Assembly: GCF_002105155.1 (NCBI RefSeq)
Contig: NW_019028991.1
Location: 372,001-436,000 of the forward strand
DNA length: 64,000 nt
Direction: 5' to 3'
From: Lobosporangium transversale
Lineage: Eukaryota
Each line of letters starts with the position of its first letter. The stretch's first letter is position 1. Made by a program: the position numbers and the translations under genes. Under the pieces are notes generated by a model. That model saw only the letters and a program-made list of their open reading frames with translations, made no database searches and was not told the DNA's origin. Positions 1-12,799 of this stretch are shown piece after piece.

Positions 1-37
1 AAAAAAAAAAAAAAAAAAGAGAGAGAGAGAGACTTAC

Positions 38-436
38 AAACTGTAAGCTGTAATGGCAATGAACATCAAAAGATAGTTTCCTTGAAAGTAGTTGAGATTG
101 TAGTTGAATCTTGAAGTAATGCCTATTTTGTTTAAAAAAGAATAGGTTAACTAACCAATCATTTGCATATACAGACAAGATGCAGCTATCCAGCTTCAGA
201 AGGAATGATATCACAAAAAGAAATTTACTTGAAAAGCCATTGGGCCAAGAGAACCTATTCTTGTCAAAGAATTCTGAAAAGGGTCGCAAGGATGAGAGAC
301 GCTCCTCTTTCAGTTTCTGAAGATAACCAAGACCGAAGGAAGAGGCGGATGAGACAGCAGCGGAGGCCTGTTCTGAGGAAGGGAATCCGCCTGTGAAAGG
401 GTTTGTTGGAAGAGTAGTGTAAGCAGGTGCTGCCAT
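38..436 (-). CDS. PRA1/Yip3 family prenylated Rab acceptor, 5' part (gene runs off the window start)
   Basis: Not in the ORF track. Hand translation from ATG 436: exon 436-229 MAAPAYTTLPTNPF...LSSLRPFSEFFDKNRFSWPNGFS, GT-AG intron, exon 122-38 ITSRFNYNLNYFQGNYLLMFIAITAYSL, then GTAAGT donor. 'LRP..EFFD..R.S.P' and 'R..YNL.YF..NY' are PRA1-family hallmarks. Confidence 0.85.
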
Positions 437-1200
437 GGTTGTGATACAATTAAATATTATATTGATTATGTGTCAACTATTGAATGAATGAACAAATGGA
501 TGAACAAATGAATGAAAGAAAATGAATGGAGATGTGTAGTTTAGTTTTTTAGGGCTAGAGGTGTTGATGGAGAACAAAGTAAAAAGAAAGAAAGAAAAAA
601 GAAGACACACAAATGTCACGCCCTTTTTTTTTTTTTATTGTGCAATGTATTGAAGTGGATATTAGATCTCAGTCAGGCACGAAATATGCCACGTCGTACG
701 TCTGCGCCTACGCCTGTGCTCTCTCAACTCTTGGCTTCTTAGCCTTGGCAATGATCTACGCACATACACATCAACAGTTTTATCTTTTTTAAAAAAACAT
801 CCTATTCATCAATTATCCATATTTATATATATATACTTTGGTGTATTTGCACAGCTTACACATGAGTATCATACACATGTATCATATATTTAATAATAAT
901 AATGAAAAAAAGTCATGTCTCCTTGCTTATAAATGTACACATAACACTTCTCCTTGCTTCCAATTGATCCTATATCTCATCATACGCTCTTCAGTTCACC
1001 ACTGTGTTTTGCCTCAGCATTATCAATGTTCAAATTTTGCTGAAAAGTGTGCTTCACCACAAATATCAAGCACTGTTTAATTGTTGAAGTGGGAGGCTTG
1101 ATCCAATCGTCTTTACAAAGATTACACGTGATCTTCAAAATTTATGAAGAATAATTCGCTGTGGACCAAGCTCCTTCTTTCGCTGTTATTAAGATTCAGA

Positions 1201-2365
1201 ATGGTACAGACCTCTCAATAGTGATGGATAATGGATACAGAGGATATTTTGATCATCCATGCATCCATCAAAATGAAACAACTATCTGTTACCATCAGAT
1301 ATCACAGGAAGCTCTTATACTTTCCTCATGACAGGATTCAAATCATTCAATCTATGACATCTCAATCATCGGCAAACCTTTCTAATGGATTTAATTCGTT
1401 AAAAGGAAAAAAAAAAAAAAAAAAAAAAAAAGAGGATGTCGACAGGATTCACTATTTTATTTATTTTTGCAAACTTGTAATTCAGACAAAACATCGTTAA
1501 GGATTTCTCACAAAAAAAAAAAAAAAAAAAGGCTGTTACAGATGGACATAATGAAAATAAACCAGTAGCCACAATACTGCAACACTCTGGCACCTATTTT
1601 TTCAACTGGACAGAGGGAAAAATACGGATCTTTAGTAATAAAGAAGAAGAAAAAAAGAAAAAGCAAATTGATAATAGGGACAGGACTGGAACAGGACAGG
1701 AGAGAATCTCATTATTTTGAAGCGACAAAAGAACGAGGCAAAAAAAAAAAAAAAAAAAAAAGGATAGCCTTAATAACATATTCGTCCATATTTTGGATTC
1801 TATCCTTTTTCCTTTTCTTCTTTAGTCCGCCGAAGATCAGACCAACCAACAGAAGAACGTGATGCGCGAGTTGCGCCTCGAGAAGTTGGTTCTCAACATC
1901 TGTGTGGGTGAATCCGGAGACAGACTTACCCGTGCTGCCAAGGTGTTGGAACAGTTGACTGGTCAAACCCCTGTTTATTCCAAGGCCCGTTACACTGTCC
2001 GTACTTTTGGTATCCGTCGTAACGAAAAGATCGCTGTCCATGTCACTGTCCGTGGACCCAAGGCTGAGGAGATCTTGGAACGTGGTCTCAAAGTCAAGGA
2101 ATATGAGCTCAAGAAGTCAAACTTCTCAGAGACTGGTAACTTTGGTTTCGGTATCCAGGAACATATTGATTTGGGTATCAAGTACGATCCCTCCATTGGT
2201 ATTTACGGTATGGACTTCTTCGTCTGCATGAACCGCCCTGGTAACCGTATCACCAAGCGTCGTCGCGCTGTTGCCAAAATCGGTCTTAAGCACCGTGTCA
2301 CCAAGGACGAGACCATGAACTGGTTCAAGCAGCGTTTTGACGGTATCCTCACTAACCGCAAGTAA
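1201..2365 (+). CDS. RPL11: 60S ribosomal protein L11 (uL5)
   Basis: ORF 1859-2365 [32 protein letters not shown]...[16 protein letters not shown] is unmistakable uL5. Frame extends back to acceptor TTTAG at 1825. Probable ATG-only first exon 1201-1203 (ATG|GTACAG), intron 1204-1825; the start exon is inferred. Confidence 0.97.
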
Positions 2366-3379
2366 AAAAAAAGTAATGAATAAATGAGTGAAACAACACA
2401 TACAATCATACGAGTACCATAACACAGTGCACGCTTGAGTTCAAACGGCGAGGAAGGAATGTGCCATGATGACTTTGAGCACTGAAAAAAAAATACATTT
2501 AAAAGGTAGACAAGCATTTTTCACTTCCCGATGTAAAATTGATGTAAAAAACGAGGTTGCAAAAACTCGTTATTCTCTCTCTCATTGTCTCTGCTTGGTT
2601 GACTTTTATTAATTAAAAAATCTAAGTCCATAATTATTGCTCAATCCCATCGACTATCGTCGTGTTTTTTTATTGTTATGATGGGCTTAGTGAGGGTGTG
2701 CAAAAGTAACACTGGTAGTTGGGGGGGGGGGGGGGGGGGGGCAATAAAGCTAGGGTATGATCAATGGTTTATTATTGTTGAGGATGTAGTTCTTCTGCAA
2801 AGAACAATATAGAAATTGGGCAAAGCATTTTGGTGTAACAGCTAAATTCTCATTGTGACGAACCTGTTATTTTGTCATCTGTTACCCATTGGAGTCCATA
2901 TTCAGGAAGCATGCTGAATTTTTTATCGTGTTCAGGACTAAAGAAAAAATGTTGTATTGATGCACCTGTCAGTGCATCAGATAGGCATCTCATCCACACG
3001 TGGCTAGAGTCAAATGAAAGTAAGGTTTAATTTGCCTACTGCATAATTCGTTTATTCAAGCAAGATATTTCTCTTTGAAATCTCTTTTCTTCTCATCATT
3101 CTATTAGAACGCAAAGCCGTCATGGAGCCATCCACTCGAGTGCTACGTTCGAGGTCATCTTCTGTCAAGGCCGCACACTTGAATGCTCTGATTTCTTGTA
3201 ATATGCCAACACCAAGTCCCACTATTAACCAATGACCTGCCTCAGAGGAATTGGCGTCATCAACTGATATAGATGATACTACGTCAAACTCAAGTGCACC
3301 GCAGCCATTACTTCTTAGCTGTTTACCTTGCTCGTCAAAGGGCTCCTTAAACCCTAATGCACTCATCGATATGGAAGAC

Positions 3380-4420
3380 AGGTTTATAAAAAACTCTAAA
3401 CAGTTTAATGGGCCATTCTGGGAACTATTGTCAGGAACAGACTTTGGTGGGACCATCTGTCAGTATATCTAAGGTTTGAATACGGAATCAACAATGCATT
3501 CTTTTGTAATTGACTCGATGGAAACCACACTTCAGTTGTTCGACAAGACATGCAGCAGATCCAGGAAAAAGTCAGTGAAATGGATAATATCTCACAAACA
3601 ACAATGACATTGCCTCGCTGAAAAAATGACGAGCTTGATAAGTTCCTGGTTGCGCCATCGCAAATTCTGCCATTCATCGGGAGGGCTGACTCGTTGGATA
3701 ATCCCAAAGGTGCTGTAAATGATTTCAGAGGACCACTACACTCCGTGATGAACGATATCTATTATTTTTATAAAGATTGCAATTTCGTGATGTCAGATGG
3801 AAAATCAGCATAGTACGTTATACATTATGGGGATTCTTACCGAGGGTCTTTCGCGACAAGTATGTTGAATATCAAGCAGAGTTCACCTCAAAAGCTTCAA
3901 CAGTACGTAAAAACCTTGACCGTACCTCTTCGAATAGCCAGTAGCGGGGGAAGAGAACTGATGGAACCATCGCCTCTAAAGCCACGCATTTGGAACTATA
4001 TAGAATTGAGACCGGGGAAGTAGACATTGGACCATCAGGCACAAAAATCATGACAGATGGACGCAAACTTGCGAAATTGATGAAGGACATGTTCGACGCT
4101 GTTTGTGGCAAGTGCTCAGATGATATCAAGCCTGTAGCTGGTTTTGTTTGGGATTTTAATTTCTGGCCCCCCAATTTCATATTTAACATTCCAATTCCTG
4201 GGCGGCAGGTTTTACAGGGTGTGCGTTGAGAGAAGTATTTCCTTTCCACCAACCTGGGACGAAGAAGGTATTATGTCCACTACAATACATCATTGGTAGC
4301 AAGCCTCTACTGTTTAAAGGTCCGATTAGAAAAACTGTCGCAAGACATTACCCGATGGACCCAGACTAAAAGGGACTCGACTGGCATACTTGTGAAGCCT
4401 TTTGTCCGAACTGCTGCTAC
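3380..4420 (+). pseudogene. Decayed PD-(D/E)xK/restriction-endonuclease-fold (Crinkler-like C-terminal) protein
   Basis: Frame through ~3877-4160 reads AEFTSKASTVRKNLDRTSSNSQ*RGKRTDGTIASKATHLELYRIETGEVDIGPSGTKIMTDGRKLAKLMKDM with an in-frame TAG. The 'GKxxDG...ExG...K...D..KLxKxMKD' pattern recalls expanded REase-fold families of early-diverging fungi. Boundaries approximate. Confidence 0.5.
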
Positions 4421-5524
4421 ACCTCCAAGATCGCCTAGATCTAGCGAATGACGATATCCATCATAGCTGTTTACTCCACGATCACAGGTTTTGCGGAAGT
4501 TGTTCTACCTTGCTTCGTTTTTTTTTTTTTTTTTTTTTTTTCCTTCAAATAAACCATTACCTGAGAAAAAAAAAGCTGCTGTCTCGTTATAAAATGAAAA
4601 ATACTTTTCTGTGCATTGTTAAAAAAGAAAGAGTCCCATCCAAATGGCAAAGTTATCGCCGAATGATCGAACCGTTCGCTTGCGAACGACGTGCATTCAA
4701 TGCTAGATATACACAGGACAATCGGGACCAAGTAACGATGATTGTGGGCCCACCAGTCCTCTTGAATCCCAGCAGGCCTCCAGCACCTTTAGTAAATATC
4801 CTATATCTTGTGTTATTAAATCGCGAGAGTCTCATCATTCTCGAGTATTCGCTGTTGAGTATGGTAGATAATTTCCAACTGCAAGTCTTTTTAGTTTGAT
4901 CCTGGCTGTTAGAAGCAACATCATCCTAGATCTCACAATTGAAAAATAGGGCGATGAGTAAACATAGGGCTTATGAATGTTGAATTCAGAACTGCGTCTG
5001 GTATGCTTTTAAAGGAAGTATCTCTTCCTTTCCATTTTCCCTCAAATATATTAAAACACATTGGTAAAGACATACTATATGAGGAAACCTGCTACGACGG
5101 ATGCTGAAGACAATGCTTCCTAAACCATGATCTCTTCGAAATACTGCCCGTATTCATAAAAGAGAACTGCAGGCACGCATATTCACTGATTCTTGCCCCC
5201 AGCAAGGCTACTACTATGATGGTGGCCTCGGTAGTAGCTGTTACAATGGCGGATGTACCAGCAATACCCGCACCAACTCATTCTCCAGTACTTTCTTAGG
5301 AGCTCTGTCCACAATACTTCACCCTCCTCCGAGCTATTGAAGAAATGGTGCTCTTGCCAACACCGTAACTCCCCTTGTTCTACTGCTATAAGATCCCTTC
5401 CTACGCGTGCCACAACCATATCTCTACATACTTGCACAAGCCGCCGATGCGGCTCTGATCTTTGAGGCAATGCCTTATAATCTACCTGTGACTCTGGGAG
5501 ATTCAAAAATGGCTCTAGGAGACG

Positions 5525-7230
5525 CTACAGTAGCTCTTGTAGTGGTGACCTTTGAAGCCGATCTCGTACTGATGGTTTCTCTAGTACCTTTAAAAAGTGC
5601 TGAAGCGGTTGTACATCCTTTGATGTTATATAATTAAAGTGCCTAGTCTGGCGTAGGTACGTCATTTGCCGTTGCAGTGCTTGGGAATTTTGTTCCTCGG
5701 GTGATAATCGACCACTTGTTGCCTGCCTCTTTAATACGGTGTCTGCGTTCAAATCTACTATTATTTTGCACAATGCCAGTGCGTATTCAGTCCTAGGAAA
5801 CAGCCAACCAGTAGCAACAAAAATCGATTCTGGTGTCATAATACCAACACTCTTGCTAGCAAGCTTCTTGATCCTGTCGTCCGACATGATAGTATCCTTC
5901 CCAAAAATAGGTATTTGCCTCTGTAATCGTTGTTGAACGCACTGTCTCTCCAGGCAGTAATTGTTTGTACCATACCCTCTTTTTCAGGTACTGCTCGCCA
6001 GGTTCTATGTCGGTTGATTGCTTACTAGGTTCTACGTCGACCATCTTCATGTCTAATGTGGTCTCCAGTGGTGGTGAAGACTCTTGTGTATCGGGATCAC
6101 AATTATCACAGCAGTTCTCAATATCATTGTAATCATTGCCGAAAAATCCATTTAAAAATATTCGACGACAACTCTGAGCATGGACATAGTCCTTGATGTC
6201 GTCTTCGGCTCTCCCTGGAGCTCTGGCTGTGGTAAGCAATATTCCTTCGTCCCGAAGTGCCGGGCTGCGTGCTGCCCGATCAAGGCGCTGGATAATTGAT
6301 GATAGGTTGCCAAGATAACCATACTGCACCACGTACAGAACATCAGTGGGTCATACCACATGCCTGCCGCCTCGGTTGACATCAAGACATCAATGATATT
6401 GCCCTTGAACTGCTCCATTAGCTGCTTTTTTTTTTTATTTTTATTTTTATTTTTTTTTAGAATCCGACTTGCCAGAATGATTGCCAGCGACGTTGGCGCC
6501 CCCTATAATACATCTGAAAGACTGGAGAGCACAGTCAACCTCATCTCTCGTTTGAAAGTACAAAATGCTTTTCTTTCTATCTTTCAAAGGTTGAAATCCT
6601 GAAATGAATTTGATGGGTGTTGAAACCATCTCACAATGTATTCGATGTTCTTCCTGTCATTACCAGCTTTGACCACGTAAGGGTTCTTTGAAACGTATTA
6701 CCATTGACATTCGATAGAAACTGAGACGGTAAAGTAGCAGAAACAGCGCAGATATCCAAGTTTCTCGTAATCGGTTCTGAATTTTCCACCTCATGTCCCA
6801 ATGCAGTGTGCCTCATCCACAACTACTGCAATCGGCTCCTCCGACACCGATCGATTCAAAGTGTACTGGGCGCATTGCTCGCAAAGAGGATCTCTGGTGA
6901 AATAAATATGGCTTAATAATGTACTTTTATCAAGCTTTGGATCGGAATCCTTCTCTTAAAATGAATGCTATCGATGCCTACTGATACCAGGTTTTCGACC
7001 TAACACCTTGAGTGACGTAACAATGAGTATGGTGGTTTCTGGCCAAAGTATTAGAGGGAGAAGTAGATCAACATCTCCCCCCATCCAGTACCAGCAATTA
7101 GGATGCAATCTTGACGTTCTTCTACGTTCTTCTATCTTGATCACGATCTTAAGCTCTTGGCGAATATCCTCAAAGGGAATGAGAGTTAGTTTTTGTGCGA
7201 AACTCTCCAACGATCTGCTCGACTTCGACA
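5525..7230 (-). pseudogene. RecQ-like SF2 helicase pseudogene
   Basis: Colinear broken motifs: IVTSLKVLG (Ia), VVVDEAHCIGT*GG (II, ~6823-6785, with stop), CAVSATLP (III), DVLMSTEAAGM (V), VQYGYLGNLSSIIQRLDRAARSP (VI), CRRIFLNGFF...NCCDNCDP (RQC Zn motif). Spread over several frames, so frameshifted. Confidence 0.8.
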
Positions 7231-7604
7231 AAAAAAAAACTCCCTGCGGTTTGTGTGACAGAAAAATTTCAAAAAAAAAATGTTGACCCTTAAAAACTCA
7301 CAACAGGCTCTAAGAAAATCTGGTTGTAACTACAATTTTGCACAGAGATGGGAAAGTTGCTGCATACTTTACAGAACGCCTGTTACATTAAAGATTTTTG
7401 ATAAATTTCTACTTCATTAGCTGCAAAGATCATTAGGAAAAGAGGACCACTTCTTATATGTACAAGTTCTGGTTTTATTCAAAGAGAAAAAAGAGTGCAA
7501 AGAATACAAAAAATAAAGACGGGTGTCTTTTTTTTTTTCTTACAAAAAATTTTTGGAAGAACATTAAAGCTTAAATTAAGAGTTTTTTTTTTTTTTTTTT
7601 TTTT

Positions 7605-10178
7605 TTACAACTTAGACTTGTTGGCCTTGAGGATATCACCAAGCTTGGTGGCAAGCATGACCTGACCCTTGACCTTGATTTGTCCAGACATGAACAGCTT
7701 CTGGGCATTGGCCTTTCCGGAGGCGAGATCAACAAAGACATCATCCTTTGTGCTAATCACAACATCGGGCTTACTCTTGGCGGGACCTGCACCAACAGAT
7801 CCCTCACCATTCTTGAGATCGACGTGGTAGGTTGCAGTCTGGCCAGCCTCGTTCGTAAGGTCGAATTGGAAGATAGCCTTGACCTTCTTAACTTGGGCCT
7901 GGCGATCGGCTGAGGACATGGCATCAATACCAGCCTTAATCTGCTCGAATGCAGCAGCAGACTTGAAGTCGCCACCAGCAGCAGGGGCATCAGCAGGAGC
8001 GGCAGCAGCGGCGGGTGTAGCAGCCTTCAAGGCCTCACCCTGCAGCTCGACAGCGGCGTTCGAGATGATGACCTGATTGCGCTCCACAGAGCGGACCTGG
8101 AAGATGACCTTATTACCCTCACGCCACATGGAGGTCTCAAGAGTCTCACCGGGGTTGACAGTCTTGGCAAAGCGGACCTTGATGTTCTTGAACGAGGCAG
8201 GGTCGTTGTTGCAGTAGGTCTTGAAGATGTGCTTACCAGCAATACCGAATGAGCAGAGACCGTGAAGAATTGGGACTTCAAAGCCACCGACAGCGGCCAT
8301 ATCAGGGTCGATGTGCAGAGGATTCCAGTCACCGGAAAGACGGTAGAGAGCAGCCTGATCTTCGTGGGTCTTCTCCTGGACGACATGATCGGGCTTACGG
8401 TTGGGGACCTGGTTGGCAGCAGTAGCAGCTCCACGGTCAGTGCCCTCCTTCTTGCCGCCAAAGCCGCCGGAGCCACGGATGAACATAGTATACTCATTGA
8501 CGCAAACATCCTCGCCATTCTCATCGGTAGTCTTGACACCAATAGTCAAGACACATCCCTTGCCCTTGTCCAACATATCAACAATATAAGGAGTGGAAGT
8601 CAACTTGCCGCTCGTGGGGAAGGGTTTGATGATCTCAAGGTACTGCTCACCGTGAAGAAGCATCATGGGGTTGAACGAAGGAAGAAGTTCACCAAAAGGA
8701 ATAGAGTTCATGGAGGTGAAGGAAGGAATCACACCAAAGGTAGGGACAGGGCCGAAGGACTCATTGTTCTCATAGACGAGGTGGAGATCCTTGCGAGTGG
8801 CACCAATGCCCAAGTTATAGAGAATAACATCACGCTCAGTGTACGTGAAAACATCTGGCTCAAACTTCAGTGCCTTTGCAGCGTCAACATTGACCTTGCC
8901 ATCGTCTGAAAGGACCTTAGTGCTACCGCTACCAGCTCCTGAGTCGCTAGCAGTATTTTCAAAGTTGGCCATGATGCTCTCCATGGACTCTGAAGTTGAC
9001 GTAGGGTGAGTGGTGCGACCATCATTAAAGTCGGTGATCTTGGACCACATCTCCTTGATGTGCTCAGGCAACAAGTCCTTGTTGATGGGGAAGCCATGTC
9101 CACCAGTGCGCTCCCAGCGAAGCTTGCCAACGAACCCGGCACCAATCTCGAAAATGGAGCCAGTTTCGGTGGTCTCCTCGTGACAGAGGTACTCGACCAA
9201 GGGGGTAACCATCTCTGGCTTCAAGGAAGCAAGCATATCTGGGGGAAGAATAGTCTCGGTCATGCGAGAAGCAGCCATGGGAGCGATGACGTTGCAGGTA
9301 ATGTTGTCCTTCTTTCCTTCGAGAGCCAAAGTCTGGGTCAAACCAACCAAAGCAAGCTTAGCAGCAGAGTAATTAGCCTGACCTGTAGAGCAAAGAGGAA
9401 AAAAAAAAAAAAGCAATCATATATAGTCAGTAACTTCATCGTTGACTACACCCATACCCATGATTCCCTTGTAAAAGCTATTAACAATTGATATGCCAGC
9501 TAAACACAATGGACGAAGAACCAAAATTCTGCCCTTGTGATTAAAGTGACATTTTCTCTTACCAAAGTTCCCGTAAAGACCAGCAGCAGAAGCTATTTGA
9601 ATTATTGAATATGAAGAATGGTAGGATCCATATCCATAATGTGAGTATACATTTTTTTTTTTTTTTTTTTTTTAGCCTTATAAATTGCATGTCTTTTTTT
9701 TTTTTTTTTTTTTTTTCAGAGACTTACTGGTATTGATGATACGTCCAAACTTTTGCTTGCGGAAGATGGGCCAGGCAGCCTTGAGGACCTTGTAGGCACC
9801 ATCGACGTGGACCTGAAAGATGAGACTCCACTGTTGATCTGTCATGCGAGCGAACGAGACATCCTTAAGAATACCGGCATTGTTGATGACGATATCAACA
9901 CGGCCAAAGGCCTTCATTGCAGTCTCCACGATCTTTTCACCATCAAGCACAGAGTCATAGTTAGCCACGGCCTTGCCTCCTGCAGCTCGGATCTCCTCCA
10001 CGACCACATCAGCGGCACGGGTCGAAGAACCCTCACCAGTGGTAGAGCCTCCGAGATCGTTCACGACCACAGAAGCACCACGGGCACCGAAAGCAAGAGC
10101 GTGGGATCGACCGAGTCCACCACCAGCACCGGTCACGATCACGACACGTCCATCAAAACGAAGATTCTCACCAGCCAT
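7605..10178 (-). CDS. FOX2: Peroxisomal multifunctional beta-oxidation enzyme type 2 (SDR dehydrogenase + enoyl-CoA hydratase 2 + SCP2)
   Basis: Exons 10178-9728, 9592-9563, 9382-7605. TGAGGGLG and NNAGI SDR motifs, YSAAK catalytic motif, hydratase-2 motif [15 protein letters not shown]-terminal SCP2 domain, PTS1 -SKL. Confidence 0.95.
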
Positions 10179-11450
10179 GATACTTTGTTATGTGAGTCGA
10201 GTTGGAAGAGAAAAATAAAAAGAGCGGAAAATAAAAGAGAATGAGCTAAAGATGAAATGAATGAAATAGATGAATGGAGAGGAATGAAAAGAAAAAGGGA
10301 GAAGGAAGAAAGGGGGGAGGAGGGGAAAAAAGCTAGAGACACTTTATACAAACACGGCACAAGAACATTTACACGGCACGGGTGTAATTTTTTCTTCGAT
10401 CATTAAAACCTTTTTTAAAAAGACCATTGAACGTAACGGACAGGAGACGAACTAATCCCACACGGCACATGGCAAAGCGAACATCCGAAGCACGCATCCC
10501 ATACTACATTCATACTGTACACTGGTATATGGATCATTTAGTCCAAACCATTATAAAGCTTTCCCTCCAAGTCTCCATTTGTGTGTAACAAAAATTCATC
10601 ATCCCCACACTCTTTTTATCCTTTTACAAAAAACATCCTTTTCTCTACCCGAGCGGACAAAAAGATGCAACACTTTAATCATGTACGACCCGACTGTCAT
10701 ATTCACCGACCATTTATTTAACTTTTTCTTTTTTTTTGTTTCAAATGAACATCATCTCACCGCTATCTATCGTGTCGATTCATAGGCAATATCTTTTATA
10801 AAATGAAATCAGCGTAACTTGGAATCAGGAAGGGGAAATACCCAACGGACACATCTGTAAGTCTGTAAAGGATAAGATCAATCATTGCTTCGCATCTATT
10901 CTCTCAAAGAAAAAAAAAAAAAAAAGATGACCAAGCGAAAGAGGGCATTGGAACCTCTTTTACTATCACGTGTCAATAGATTTTTTTTTTTTTCCATGTG
11001 CTTTAAAGATCATCCCATGGACACATGGAAACACGGATACAAACATTTAAATATATATATATGTACGTAACATTTCTTCTTTTTTTTCAAGCCCACGACA
11101 ATGCTCATCACATTCAACTTATAAACGAAGAGTCAATTATAACCATAGAAATTATATCACGCTACCACTTTGTTTTTTTTCTTTTTTCAAGGCATGGTGC
11201 ACTTTATGATTACTGAAGGGGACAAAGCGAAGAATCATAAATAAAAAAATTAGATTTGTATATATAAAAAGTTATGATAATAATGTAAGGTGGGCAATGC
11301 TTATTAGGACTACTACAGAGAGTCAATTATAACTTAAAAATCAAAGATTTGTTATTTGTTTATAAATGTATGAAATGCTTATTAGACTTTTTTTTTTTTT
11401 TTGATTCCAGATCAATTAGTAAACAAAAAGGAAGCACATCAGGAATCTTC

Positions 11451-12311
11451 TCAGTCATCATCAAAGCTGCCACGACGCCATCCTGGAGATGACGTCCGTG
11501 GGGCATCTACATTGCTAGCGTTCGGGAACCTTGTACCACTGTTTAAAATCTCATCTTCATCATTGTCAGGATTCATGACACGTAGGTTTCTATAAAAATA
11601 AAAATAGATATTCATATGAAACTCAGTTAGTCATCCATCAATAATTCTTCGTACAACTTGGGCCACTTTCAAAAGAAAAGGAAAAGGGAAAAAGAACATA
11701 CGTAAGTTGAGGAAGGCTTGGTAACGAGGATTGGATACCCGTGTATTGGGGCAACGGTGATTCCATGTATGACTGACGACTGTTTTCCTGATATTTATAC
11801 AGATCGTCATCTTCCTTCTGCTTAGCAAGCTCACGCCTCCTTCGTGTATAGACATATCCTGCAACTGATAGTGCTACGATCAGTGCAATTGCTGAGACAA
11901 TACTGTCAAAATAAACGACACAAACATAAAAAAAATGTACGATCAACAACCATTCATGTAAAAAAAAGCGATCAGTTTAAAACTTTTTCATACACATTTC
12001 AGGTAGAGCTCAAGCCATCGCAAGGTTTACTTCCTTACATTCCAGCGACAGCTCCAGAGGATAGTCCACTGCGGGCCGTCGATCCTGAATTACTCTGATC
12101 AGACGTAGGTGTAGATGTAGATGTAGTCGTCTGGGTCGACGCAATGCTTGTTGAAGTGGTGGGCATATGCACCTTTGGGAAATCAAACACACCAAAACTC
12201 TTGCAAACGTCTTGATACTCTGCAAGAGGTTTAATGCTGAGATGGGCACTCGATGAGCTTTGACATTTCACACATGCTGTCATCTAGTTGGTTGTCCAAA
12301 AGAAAAAGAAG

Positions 12312-12348
<37 letters not shown>

Positions 12349-12799
12349 GCTTAAGCGGTTCATCCCATTGGTCGCCACTAAATTTCTCGAGCAATTTCCC
12401 GCGTGTCGCGTTTACCTGGACATAGTAGTTCTCGTTGCATGCACACACAGCTTGTTCTCTAGTTGGTCTATAAAACGCGTGATTGAAAAAAAAGTCCTAT
12501 CAATGAACAGACCATTAACTAGCAAGACGAACCCATCATTATCTTTTTTTTTTCTTTTTCTAGGCCATGAAGAGAGTCAATTAAAACGATAGTACTTACT
12601 GGTATGTGAACTTGCCAGGCCAGTGTTCAATTTCTAGTGTGGCATTACAAGGCTTGAGAATGTCCTCGGCCATTCCACAAGGAGTACATGATTCTGCAGA
12701 GACACTCTTTTGGCTAAGGAGCCCAACAATGGCCATCAAGACTGTAGCCAACAGCCCTGACTTATTATGAGCACCCCGTCTGTTTAGCCTCTTTGTCAT
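11451..12799 (-). CDS. Putative type I membrane protein with Cys-rich ectodomain, Ser/Thr stalk and one TM helix (multi-exon)
   Basis: Signal-like LLATVLMAIVGLLS, then CTPCGMAEDILKPC; later exons with CVKCQ, TTSTSIASTQTTTSTSTPT, TM segment (IVSAIALIVALSVAGYVY) followed by RRRRE; last exon ends GSFDDD* at 11451. Internal exon bounds approximate. Confidence 0.7.

Noticed and set aside
1204..1825. Possible intronic snoRNA in the long RPL11 intron
   Set aside because: No convincing C/D or H/ACA box arrangement found by eye.
2466..2485. ATGATGA ... CTGA (box C/D-like pair) after RPL11
   Set aside because: Boxes only 9 nt apart, no upstream partner boxes or terminal stem; probably chance.
2721..2741. 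Poly-G run
   Set aside because: Homopolymer runs are pervasive in this window; no specific function supported.
8027..10244. Long antisense and alternate-frame ORFs over FOX2 (similar over RPL11)
   Set aside because: Shadow ORFs from strong codon bias in highly expressed genes.
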